From assembly GCF_009914755.1 (NCBI RefSeq), contig NC_060941.1: 64,000 bases of DNA; one strand, given 5' to 3'. The notes under the pieces were generated by a model. It did not search any database. It saw only the letters and a program-made list of their open reading frames with translations, and was not told the DNA's origin. Below are positions 1 through 12,605 of the stretch, piece by piece (positions within the stretch are counted from its first letter, which is position 1; every line of letters starts with the position of its first letter). The position numbers and the translations under genes are program-made. The stretch is from the human T2T-CHM13v2.0 reference genome, Homo sapiens.

Positions 1-29
1 TTAAATTCATTTTACTCTTTTTTTTTCAG

Positions 30-293
30 CTACATTAACAAGCTATTCTGAAAATGTGGAACGCACAAAATATGCTGGGGAAAGCAGTAAAGAATTAGGA
101 TCTGGAGGAAACATAAAACCTTGGCAATCTCAAAAATCCAGCATGGACTCCTGTTTGTATCGAGTAGATGAAAACATGACTGCTTCCACCTATAGTCTGA
201 ATAAGATCCCAGAGAGAAATTTGGAAACAGTGTTATCTCAATCAGTACAGTCTATTCCTTTGTATCTCATGCCACGGCCAAATTCAGTAGCAG
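30..293 (+). CDS. TANC2: Internal coding exon (264 nt, phase 1-1) of TANC2, N-terminal region
   Basis: Polypyrimidine tract plus CAG acceptor (ag 28-29) and strong donor CAG|gtaagt (gt 294-295). Encodes (A)[87 protein letters not shown], which I recognise as TANC2 and which continues in frame into exon 29963-30088. Confidence 0.95.
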
Positions 294-301
294 GTAAGTT
301 T

Positions 302-330
302 TTGTTGTTGTTGTTGTTGTTGCTGTTGTT
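302..330 (+). repeat. (TTG)n microsatellite
   Basis: ttgttgttg... immediately after the donor; gives the poly-Leu in ORF 56..415. Confidence 0.9.
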
Positions 331-881
331 AAATAATCATTTTACTCCAGTATATATTGAAATGAAAATAAATCCTGCTCTGACAGTATTTAAATTTTCC
401 ATTCATCTTTTCTGACTAAGCTGTTCTTTTGTGTTTGGGTAATATACATGTATATATTATTTGAATCTGGGAGAAGGTTCATCTTCCTCGAGTGATTGCT
501 TAGTTCTGCTCCCAAAATGTACAAAAACACATAGAAATTCAGAAACAGCCTATAAAATATATCATCAAACAACTAAAAGTCTTTTCTCTCAATGAGAAGT
601 CTTTGAAAGAATTTTAGTTTGAGGTTTTAGTTCTTTTCTTAAAATCTTAGTTTTAAAAAACATTACTAAAATTGGCATATCTCAGTGTAATTTGTATTAT
701 CAGAAATCATCATCCATAGTTTGTAAAAGTGGAAGGCAGACAAGAATTCAGCTTTTCCTCATCCCGTGAGTTTCAGTATTTTCACAATATCCTGGCTATC
801 ATTTCATGGAAGAATCACCAGGTGGCTACATTTCTAAAGAATAATTCTGCAACACCACTAGCAAACTCGGTTAAAAAAAAT

Positions 882-1438
<557 letters not shown>

Positions 1439-1923
1439 CTACTCTCCTCAAAATTGATGTCAAGGGGTATTTTTACTACAGCTAAATTGCTGTTTAATAA
1501 TTCAAACCTGGGACTTTTGAAGAATAGTTGAATGTTCTGACTTTTCAAAATATGTCATCATCTGGACTTTGTCCAGACTATAAAATCAAAGTTATGTTTG
1601 CTTCTCTTACTTTCCTCATGAAGACCTGGATAGATTATCTCACTGATAATTACTCCTTATGTAGCTGATAGTGTAATGCTTCTTGCCATTCCCAGTTCCC
1701 TTTCCTACGTGTTCTTTGTTCTCTGGGAGACCATCAGCATCTGTCATCAGGTGTGATTATAGGGGAAATGGCTCATCTGAAAGATAAGTAACTATGGAAG
1801 ATTTTAATATTAATTGTTAAAGATTATTCACTTTTATATAGTGACAGGAAATTTTTTATCCTAGGACCTTCTAACTATGTCAATCCCCAACTACCATGTC
1901 ATATTAGAATCCTAGAATGCTGT

Positions 1924-2303
1924 TGTTTTAGTCTATTCTTATACTGCTATAAAGAAATACCTGAAACTAAGTAATTTATAAAGAAAAGAGGTTGAATTGG
2001 CTCATGGTTCTGCAGGCTGTACAGGAAGCATAGCAGCTTCTGCTTGGCTTCTGAGGAGGCCTCAGAGAGCATTCAATCATGGCAAAAGGCACAGGGGGAA
2101 CAAGCACCTCACATGACCAAAGCAGGAGGAAGAGCAGGAGGAGGAGGAGGTTGCACACACTTTTAAATGACCCATTCTCTGGAGAACTCTCATATTACAA
2201 GAACAGCAAGGGGGAAGTCTGCCCCATGATCCAGTCACCTTCAACAATGGGGATTACAATTCAGCATGAGATTTGGGCAGGGACACAGATCCAAACCATA
2301 TCA
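1924..2303 (-). mobile_element. MaLR solo LTR, MSTA-like
   Basis: ggctcatggttctgcaggctgtacaggaagcat motif; ends ccaaaccatatca; TSD gctgt/actgt. Confidence 0.85.
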
Positions 2304-2989
2304 ACTGTACATTATGAAAAGTTCCAGGCAAGCCTGAGTCTTTTCCGAAAAGAAGCATGTAAATCCTTGCTCGTATATAAATAGAGGAATGTAACTACCA
2401 ACCATAATAGTATGTCCCAACTTACTTCCTAACTAAGCTACAATGATTTCTAAGAAAATTCTGGTTCTATTATTTGAGAAAGGCACTGAACACTTAGTAG
2501 AAGACAAAGAAGCTTTGTCTCAATGAGTGGAACTATGTAGTCAGTCTGAATGAACAATGTTAATTCAGGGCTATGAGTCTTGGTCACTACTTAACATCAA
2601 CATTGTGTATTACTGTCTTCTTCCTACTTACTCCCCATTATATTTTATGTGTATCCCTTAGAACCTTTTTTCACTGTGTTAATCAAGGACCTTCTCATTT
2701 GTTTAAAAGCGACTCAGCTCTTCCTCAGGCTTCCCTTAGCCCCAAGTGTATCCCAGAACTGTTGTACTTCCCTATTAGCCAAGTGCTCCCTCTCTAGTTG
2801 TATCCTGTACCTTCAGAGCAGTGCCAGAACTGAACAGACTATGGGAAGAGAGAATGGAACAAGCAAGCTGGTTAATTTAATGTTTTGCTGTTGGTCTCAG
2901 AAAGCCATCAGGACCACATGAAACTAACCACTAGACAGTAATAAGCTTTGAGGCAACTACCAAACTATCTCCATCTAATTCCTAGCCAC

Positions 2990-3245
2990 CTTCCCAGGCT
3001 GAACTCAAATACTTCCTCCTTCATGAAACTTTCTCCAGTCATCTCCCAGCCACAAGTAATTGCTTCTTCTTCTAGAAAGCATTCTCTTTTTGTGTTGGCA
3101 ACAGTCTACTTTGTGTTATGTGCAGCTATTGTGTATATGTGTTGGTCTGACTGTCACAATCTAAACTTTTTGACATTAGCAACTGAGAAGACTCCAGTAG
3201 AGGTTCCATAGTGAGTGAACTAATGAATGAATATATGCATGAACC
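2990..3245 (+). mobile_element. L2 3' end fragment (diverged)
   Basis: ctcaaatacttcctccttcatgaaactttct... ending in a gaatgaat-type tail. Confidence 0.5.
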
Positions 3246-3651
3246 AACCAATCTGTGATATCAGCTTTAAACAAAAATAACAATGTAGTTAGTAAATCTA
3301 ATGATAATTTTCTTCATCTTACTATAGAATATAGTCTTCTCATAGGAGAGATTACCCAGAAAAAGGTGGGGTGGGGGCTTATTTACAGAAAGTAAGCTCT
3401 ATATGAGATGGTAGTATGAGCCAGTTACAAAACAGTTTTGGACTTACTAGTATCTCACAATTTCTTTTCTTCCAAAATTATAAACTGTAGTTCTCTTTAA
3501 TAATGGAATGTATAAACAGCATTTATCACTATTTGCTAACAACTGGCAATATATATTTTTCAGTGGTTAATCAGAAGCCCTTATTCAATTAGCAGTGTAA
3601 TGGTATTGGGGAAAAAAATGGAGATTTTAAGAGATTTCTGTTTCTCTAAGA

Positions 3652-4144
3652 GAGCAGTCAGCAAACCAGGGCCCATGGGCCAAGTTTGGCACACTCTATT
3701 TTTGTAAATAAAGTTTCATAGCAGCAAAACCACACTCATTTATTTATTTATGGCTACTTTGCTCTACCACAACAGAGTTCAGTTGTTGGAACAGAGATCA
3801 TAAGCTATACAGTTAACATTGTAGTGGCCTACAAAGCCTGTATAAAAAGGGCAATCCCAACGTTCATTCTAAAATCTTACCCTGGCGTTGGATTCAAGTC
3901 ACCCCTCGGCGATGCATCTCGGCTATACAGGTCATATACAGTGTTAGCTGTGCATAGGGACAGAAACTGTTTTAGACTTTATGAAAGTTTCATGATGTGT
4001 TTCACATGACTTCATGAATTACATAGAGCATCAGAAATGTGTAAAAATTCCATGAGAGGACATTGTTACTCAGCTATACTGATACAAGATAGCAAAGACA
4101 CTAAACGGATTTGAAAGAGACAAAAAAGCTGAAATTGACCCTTA
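3652..4144 (-). mobile_element. MER58A (hAT-Charlie MITE), last ~60 bp interrupted by filler
   Basis: 3652-3802 follows MER58A; the remaining consensus pieces appear at 3825-3839, 3869-3886 and 4119-4144 (compare the copy at 22486-22690). Confidence 0.75.
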
Positions 4145-4662
4145 AGTTTTAAGTTTTTGTAATATGCATTTAGCTAGACTCATCATCAGTGTGGTGCATA
4201 GACAGTGCCTAATAGTAAATTGGTCACCTGCTTGAGTCTAGAGCCCTCATTTCCAAACTTAGGAATTTTCATTTTGGTGGTGGAGAAGTCTCTTAATATA
4301 TTCGTTCTCATTTTCTCTTGACTTCTTTTTAGTTTATTGAAAAGAATGTAGAATTACTTTGCTCTTCTTAAACAGACATATCTCTTGAGATTCATTATTT
4401 TACCCAAAAAAATGCTAACTGTGAGCTTATGAGATGTCTAAGACTCCTGTACTCCTATAAAAGCCCGATAAGCTTTTCCTCTCAGTGTCTGTGAGGCTAA
4501 TACTATTGTAAACAAAAAATACAGAAGGAAAAGTAAAAGCCACTCTCCTCTCTACACCTAATATCTCTCTCCAAAGGTTAATATTTCTGATTCTTTAAAA
4601 TATATCTATATATATAAAACATTATAATATCTGTATGTGATATATAATCATATATACCTATA

Positions 4663-4808
4663 CATGATCCTCTGTATCTGTGGTTCCATATCCATGGATA
4701 TGGATGGCCAACTAAAAGGGACTTGAGCATTTGCAGATTGCGGTATCCTATTGCAGATAGCTCCAGGGGTTCTGGAGCTAATTCCCTGCAGATACCAAGG
4801 GATGATTG
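4663..4808. mobile_element. MER2 (TcMar-Tigger MITE), internally deleted
   Basis: cctctgtatctgtggttccatatccatggat...gggacttgagcat...cagataccaagggatgattg, both TIR regions present. Confidence 0.75.
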
Positions 4809-4854
4809 CATTTAATTATAATATATGTAAGAGAGATATGAGGTCAAAAATGAG

Positions 4855-5160
4855 TGGGATTCATTCAAAAGAAATGAAAGCATATGTTCTTAAAAATATA
4901 TACATAATCATCACAGTTTTATTTGTAGTAGCCAGTAACTGAGCATCCCAGATGCCCATCAACAGGTGAATGGATAAACAATTGTGTATCCATACAGTGA
5001 AATTCTACTCAGCTACAGAGGGAAATGAATTATGGATACCACAGCAACATACATGAATCTCAAAATAATTATTCTATTTGAAAGAAGCCAGATTAAAAAA
5101 ATATATGCTATATGATTCCATTTGTATAAAATCCTAGAAAATGCAAACTAATCTGTAGGC
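4855..5160 (+). mobile_element. Old L1M (L1MC/MD-type) 3' fragment
   Basis: cccagatgcccatcaacaggtgaatggataaac...tatatgattccatt, typical L1M 3' region. Confidence 0.75.
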
Positions 5161-5169
5161 ATAGATTGC

Positions 5170-5364
5170 CTCTGTTATACTGCGACCATCTACAAGTACA
5201 GGTGCCCTGTGGGAATTAGGGCTCAGGAAAGTGGCACAATGTTGATCCTCTGGCTACTGCTATTGCTCTGAGTAAAAAACTGTCTTTGATCTCCGACCCA
5301 AAGTTTCATATCTTTTTCCAGCATCCAAGCTTGTTAGTTTACAGATTCTTCACAATTCTTGACA
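5170..5364 (+). mobile_element. ERVL LTR 3' part, LTR40-like
   Basis: tgctattgctctgagtaaaaaactgtctttgatctccgaccc...cttcacaattcttgaca resembles the LTR40 3' end. Confidence 0.6.
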
Positions 5365-5961
5365 GTGAGATATCGCTATACCCAAACCCACAAAATTAAA
5401 AGAAATGGCAATGGCAAGCAACACAAGGAAATGCTGCAATTGAAATTATACATTGATGGTGGGAGTATGTTAATAAGTTGGTACTCCATTTTGTAAAGTT
5501 GTTTGACAAGATGTATTAAAGGTATATAAAGCTATATATGCATGTTATCTAAAACCTCACAATTCCATTTCTGAATAGAATGTCCATGAGAAATGAGTGC
5601 TTTTGTTTATGAGAAGACAGATAAAATAAAGTTTTATCAGTTTTATTCATAATATCTAAAAACTGAAAACCATTCACATGTCCATCAACAGTGGAACTGA
5701 TAAATTGTATGCAGCAATGAAAAAGAACACACTACTGTTACAACATCGTGAATATATTTCACAGATGTGATATTGAACAAAAGAAGACTCAAAAGAGTGC
5801 CTTCTGTATAAAGTATGTACATTGATATAAAGTTCATAGAAACAAAATGATCACACTTCTATAATTATAGAACTAAAGTAATGGTTACCTTTGGTAGGAT
5901 TATTGACTAAGGGAGCTTTCTGTATCTTGGTCTGGATGGTAGTTACATGGATTTATACTCA

Positions 5962-7554
5962 TGAGAAGACTTCAAAAAGTCCATGGAAAACATACTTAAA
6001 AGATACAAATAAAAAATATAAACTTTATTTCTCAACATAAGTTCCATCAAGTTCAAGACACCTTTGTAAGTGATGATACCAGCCATTTAGTTCATCCCTA
6101 AAGAACTGAGTGTCCTGGGAATTTAACCATGTCAATTAAGTCTTTTTTACATTATAAACTGAAGAAAAATGCATGCCTTTTACAGATTTTAATATTAAGA
6201 AACAAAAAAGTCAGAGCCAAATCAAGACTGTAAGATGGATTTCCCATCTAAACTTGCAAAATTGCCTTTGTTTGATGAGAGGAATGAGCAGGAGTATCAT
6301 TGTGGTGGAAAAGGATTCTCTGGTGGAGCTTTCCTAGGTGTTTTTCTGCTCAAGCTTTGGCTTGCTCAAAACACTTTCATAGTAAGCAGGCGGGTCATTT
6401 TTGGTCCTCCAGAAAGTCAACAAGCAAAATGTCTTGATCACCCCAGAAAACTGTTGCCATGATGCTTGCTCTTGACTAGTCCACTTTTGCTGTGACTGGA
6501 CTATTTCCACCTCTTGGTAGCCCTTGCTTTGGTTGTGCTTTGTCTTCAGGATTGTACTGGTAAAGCCATGTTTCATCCCATTACCATTCTTCAAAGAAAT
6601 GCTCCAGGATCCGAATCCTACTCATTTTGTTTTAAATTTTCATTGAAAGCATTTCTCTTTTCTGCAGCTGATCTGGGGACAATGGTTTTGGCACCCATTT
6701 AGTGGAAAGTTTGCCCCCATTTTAATTTTTCAGTCATAATTGTGAAAGCAGAACCCATTGAGACATCTGTCATGTTGGCTCTTGTTTGTGCTGTTATCAT
6801 TTGTCCTTTTCAATTGGGATACAAACAAGATGAATTTTTGTGGATGGTCTGCCACTGCAGGCTTCAACACTGTCTCATCCCTTCTTAAAACAAGTTATCC
6901 ATTTGTAAACCGCCGATTTCTTTAGCGTATTGTCTCTGATATGATTTGGCTGTGTCCCCACCCAAAACTCATTTTGAATCATAGCTCCCACAATTCCCAA
7001 GTGTTGTGGGAGGGACCCAGTGGGAGGTAATTGAATCATGGAGGCAGGTCTTTCCTGTGCTGTTCTCATGATAGCGAATAAATCTCTTGATTTCTCATGG
7101 TTTTATAAAGGGGAGTATGTCATGTAAGAGGTGACTTGCTCCTCCTTGCCTTCTGCCATGATTGTGAGGCCCCCAGCCATGTGGAACTGTGAGTACATTA
7201 AACCTCTTCTCCTGTGTAAATTACCCAGTCTAGGGTACGTCTTTATTAGCAGTGTGAAAATGGACTAATAACAGTCTCCATAAATGTTTTGTAAAAATCA
7301 GTGATTTTACTATTCTTCCACCCAGGCTTCACCATAACTTTGCTGTTTATCCTTGCTTCAATTTTAGCAGAATTCATGTTGCTCTGATGAGGGCTTTTTT
7401 CACACTAATGTCTTGTTCTTAATGCCTCAAACTATATCCTGTTCAGACATCTTATAATAAGTTAGTATGAATTTATTTTGATGCAAAAAATTTTTGAAAT
7501 TCATCCATAGTTTTTTCATAAGATGCATTTCAATGAACTTTTTGAAGACTCTCA
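5962..7554 (-). mobile_element. Hsmar2 mariner DNA transposon, end-to-end copy with dead transposase
   Basis: TIRs tgagaagacttcaaaaagtccatggaaaa and tttcaatgaactttttgaagactctca. Minus-strand remnants: MNSAKIEAR (ATG at 7377), KKSAVYKWITCFKKG, DETWLY, AYYESVL, HHNDTPAH, YSLDLA. About 1.25 kb after removing the THE1 insert. Confidence 0.92.
6937..7273 (+). mobile_element. THE1B-like solo LTR inserted in Hsmar2
   Basis: tgatatgatttggctgtgtcccca...ggactaataaca; perfect TSD gtctc at 6932-6936 and 7274-7278. Confidence 0.9.
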
Positions 7555-7601
7555 CATGTATAAAAATAATTAAGCTATACACCAAAGATTTATATACTCT
7601 A

Positions 7602-8241
<640 letters not shown>

Positions 8242-8524
8242 TTATATGTATGTAGGCCTGTTGTCTTTGCAGAAGGATTTTCTCTTTTCTTTGGTATAGA
8301 AATAGCAGTCCTAGGAAACATAACAAGATCTTTGTCTGAATTATCTATTTTAGTGTTGCTTAATAAAACCTAATAACTACAACAAATAGATAATTTATTT
8401 AAAATGTTTCATTTTATTGAGTATATAAACCTAAGATGAGTACCCAAACTGGCCAGAACTTTTTTTTTTTTGTTTTTTTTTCTAAAGCAGCAGTCTGTGT
8501 GTGGATTTTTAAAAAAATTTTTTT

Positions 8525-9545
8525 AAAAACAAGTATATTGAGTCTTATTTTATATATTATAAAATTCACCCATTTCAAGTGTACAATTCAGTAATGTTTA
8601 GTAAATGTAGCAAGTTGTGTAACCCTCACCATGAATCAGCTTTAGGACATTTTCATTACCTCAGAAAGATTTCTGCATCTATTTAACATTAATCCCATTC
8701 CCTCTCCCAGTTCCCAGGCAACCACTAATTGACAGAGTCTATATATTTGTATTTTCTGGAAATGTCACATAAATGGAGTCATATGGTATGTCGTCTCTTG
8801 TATCTGGCTTCTTTCACTCAGCATAATGTTTTTGAGGTTTATGACGTATATATATCAGTAGTTTCTTCCTTTTTATTTCAAGTAGGATTCCACTGTATGA
8901 CTGTACCATATTATGTCTATTCATTTACCATTTGATAGACATTGTTTCCAATTTTGGTCTATTGTGAATAGTGCTGCTGTGAACATTTGTTTGCAAGTGT
9001 TTGGGTAGACATATGTTTTCATTTCTCTTGGATAGATAGATACCTAGGAGTAGAATTGCTGAATCTTATGGTAAGCTTATATTTAACTTTTTAAGAAATG
9101 CAAAAATGTTTTTCTAAAAGTAGCTGTACTGTTTTGCATTCCCACCGGCAGTGTACAAGGATTCCTGTTTCTCTACATCTCCTTTGTTACTGTCTTACCT
9201 TTAGCTGGTGTGAAATGATATCTCATGAGGTTTTAATTTGCATTTTCCTAATGACTGCTAATGTTGAGCTTATTTTGTGTATTGTTATCTATTCATTTAT
9301 TCTTTAGTGAAATATCTATTCAAACTTTAGCACATTTTCATATTGGGTTATTTTCTTTGGATTTGTACGAACTTGTTGTATATTCTGGATACAAGTCACA
9401 TCAGACATGTATTTGCAAATACTTCAGTCTGTTGCTTGTCTTTTTGTTTTCTTACTGGTATATTAGGAAATATAAAAATGTCAAATTTTGGTGAGGTCAA
9501 TTTGTCAATTTTTTTTCTGATAGACCATGTTTTTCATGTCACTTT
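8525..9545 (-). mobile_element. L1MB-type 3' end and ORF2 tail
   Basis: aaaattcacccatttcaagtgtacaattcag...ttttaatttgcattttcctaatgact. Confidence 0.8.
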
Positions 9546-9739
9546 CCTCTTTATCTTTTTAATAGAAAACATACTGTTTATATCATGTATTATAAAACTG
9601 ATTTCTTTACGACATTGGGGTTTGTTTTAACTCAAGTATTGGAAAATACTTCCTGAAATACTTAATATTTTTTCCCTCTTGTCCCTCCTCTTCCCCTACT
9701 CATGTTAAAAAAAAAAATAGAAACAATTACATCATCCTA

Positions 9740-9799
9740 AATTGTTACATCTGTAGACTAGACCTTAATTGTTACATCTGTAGACTAGACCTTAATTGT
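9740..9799 (+). repeat. Perfect 27-bp tandem duplication
   Basis: aattgttacatctgtagactagacctt twice, then aattgt. Confidence 0.95.
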
Positions 9800-12499
9800 G
9801 AATGATTTTTTTATTTACCACAATTGTCTTCCCATAATGTTAGTCTTTCTGGCTAGCAGAGTGCTTTAGATTCTTAAGCAGTACTTATCACTCATCCTTA
9901 AAGGAAGGGTAAAAGGTAAATATACCATCAGAGATCAGATAGCTCTGTCCTGGAGAACAAGATTATATGCTACTGGAGTAGTACATATTGACTGTGTTGA
10001 ACAAAATACTTCATCAGAAAATTATTTCTTGTCAGTGTTGAACATAATACAAACAGACCTACTTTGGCCTACAGGGCAAGTCATATGTCAGGGAATAGTT
10101 TGTATTAGGTTGTTTTTTGTATCTGGAAACCATGGTTTCAGGATGCTCAGAAAGAGGCAGAAAAGGAAGCTATAAACCAAATGACTCAGTTATTTTCAAC
10201 ACTTAGTAGATTGTAGATTGAAAATTTTTCCAGAACGTAGAGAAATAAAATTACTTTCACAGGGAATTGCCCTGCTAAATGTATAATGTATGTAAATATT
10301 TGATAAAACCACAACCTCTGGTAGCTTAAATGATTACGTATCTAAACCATTTTTAAATTAAATTTTCTCGTCTCAGGAGGGTCTGCTCTTTTCATTTAGC
10401 TCTAGATACACATACTTTCCTTTCCTTTCTAATGGGTACATAGAAGTGGTTCCCTAAACTGGGGAGACTCCGATGCTAAATCTCTGGTGAACAGGAATAA
10501 TTGAGGATTTCAAATATGAAGTGAGCTTGAAATAGGAAAAAAAAGTATATTCACACTTATTAAATTGTTCTAAGCATCTGAACGTCAAGGGCAGGATGGG
10601 GATGGGAATGATGAATGCCAGTAATAAAAAGCCTTATTCAGATCCAACTTTTAAACTTCTCATCTTTTTTAAACTTAATTTCTGTGTGACTAATATAATT
10701 ATTTATTTTAGAGACCAAATGATGTTGAATAATAATGTGAAAAATATCATTTGAGTAACTTTTAAAAACCTGGGTTAATAATTGTTTAAATGGTCCTTGC
10801 CATGATACAGATTTCTCCCCAATTTGGGAAGAGGATCACCTTCTATTGCCTAAGCTCCTTAGCATCTTTTTAGGACCACATCTTCTGGCATGACCAGGAA
10901 ATTTTTAGGGGATTATTTAAAATCCTTGAGGCTGCTACTGGATTGAACTGTAATGAATAAAACTATATATATTATTCCATAATGCCAAGATTCTTGATTT
11001 TAAAAAGAACAGAAATGACTTGTGGCTTTTGTGACACTTTTGTGGGGAGAATGGAGTCAGCATGTATGCAAATATTTATGGTGAATTATTTTTAAAAATA
11101 TTTTTCTAAGCTTTTAACTTACATATGACATAAATGGAAGAAATATATATAGTGAAAATTTTTAAAATCGTGTATTTTATTTACAGTATTAAAATAGAAG
11201 TTTGACTAATACGTTGGTCAAATAGATTCAGCTGCATACTTTTAAAAACATAAAGACTCCAACTAGTGAAGTTCATAGTTAAAATAGATAAAACAATTAA
11301 CACTCCATGTTCCACATATGAGGATAGTACTGTTTGCTGAAAACATGAAAACTTTTAACTCAAATGATAAAGTGATTAAAGTTGAGTTTTGGCAGTCTGC
11401 AATATTAAGGCTCGGAATTTTCTGGAGTAGCTCAGTTTTCTGAATATAAACTTAGCTGTTCATACACCTTTAAATTAAAATTCTAAAATATTAAAAAGAT
11501 TTAACAATGTGTTTTGTTTTCAAAATGTAAATTGCTATTGCATATTTGTTTTTAAGCCTGTGTGTTGGAAGGAAGTAGAAGACTCTTGTGGACTTGTGGT
11601 TGCATGGCAGAAATTATCAGAGTAGGCAGTCTACGGTCATCCTTGATGTCCAAAAATGAGATTGGCAGTGAATTAGAGGGATGTGGGAAGCAGGAAATGT
11701 TTGCTTGCAACAGCTGTCGTCAGTGCTTTGTGTGAGAATGAGAGGTCTATCAAGGAAACATACAAACAACAGAAGTCAGCTAAAATATAAACTCTGGCCA
11801 TCTACATGTTAATGCTTGGAGCTTCATGTTTTCCTAAGAAAAGGATCTTAAGAATCAGGTAAATACAGAACGGGAATCTAGGGGGATTTAAGCAAACCCA
11901 ATCAGAAACTTTTAATAGAGATTTTGCAAAAATCAAAAATGGGCTTTTCAGCAGTCAGAACGTTGGCTTTATGTATCAAGGGTATAAGGACAGCAGAATG
12001 GCTTCTTGCCCAGGCAGGAGCAAACATACAGTGTCATTCCAGGTTCCTTGCTCAAGTCAGCTAGAGTGACAATTTTACTACTATAATCTGTTTGCATTAG
12101 TGGCAACTGATATAAGAAGAAACAATTCAAACTGTCTTCCAAACTCAGTATAGAGTTATCTCTAAAATGTTGTATACCAAATGTCTGTTAGATTTCTTCT
12201 GCCCACTTGTAGTGTATTTAAATTATTTTAACTTCAAAAATGCATGTCAGTTAAATGCTGAGTTGTCCTCAGCTGTTACAACCTGATGAAATCTAAAAAA
12301 AGCTGTTCTTTTTTTCTTTTCCCTGTTCCTTCTCAAAACAAGTCTTTTAAATGACAAACTTTGTGGATTTACTTTTTAAAGCTTTTTCTCTTTACATAAA
12401 AATTTTGTTATAGATTTGTTTTTCTGCTTTCTCCATTCATCTGAACTCACCTGATTATGTCTTATACTTGTATCTGGAAAGTGTTAGTTAAATATTATA

Positions 12500-12605
12500 G
12501 TATTTATTTATTTATTTATTTATTTATGAATGAATGAATGAGGCAGGGTCTCACAGTGTTGCCCAGATTGGTCTCGATCCCTGGGCTCAAGCAATCCTCC
12601 AACCT
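12500..12605 (-). mobile_element. Alu/FLAM fragment with (TTTA)n(TGAA)n tail
   Basis: gaggcagggtctcacagtgttgcccagattggtctcgatccctgggctcaagcaatcctcc, then clear similarity is lost. Confidence 0.8.

Noticed and set aside
56-415. 119-aa ORF as a standalone gene with a poly-Leu membrane segment
   Set aside because: It starts at an internal GTG of the TANC2 exon and reads through the donor into a (TTG)n microsatellite.
3888-3904. ggattcaagtcacc as a tRNA T-arm or B-box
   Set aside because: No A-box or cloverleaf geometry could be built around it.
6334-7377. Functional mariner transposase
   Set aside because: It has frameshifts, a stop codon, an altered catalytic motif and an LTR insertion.
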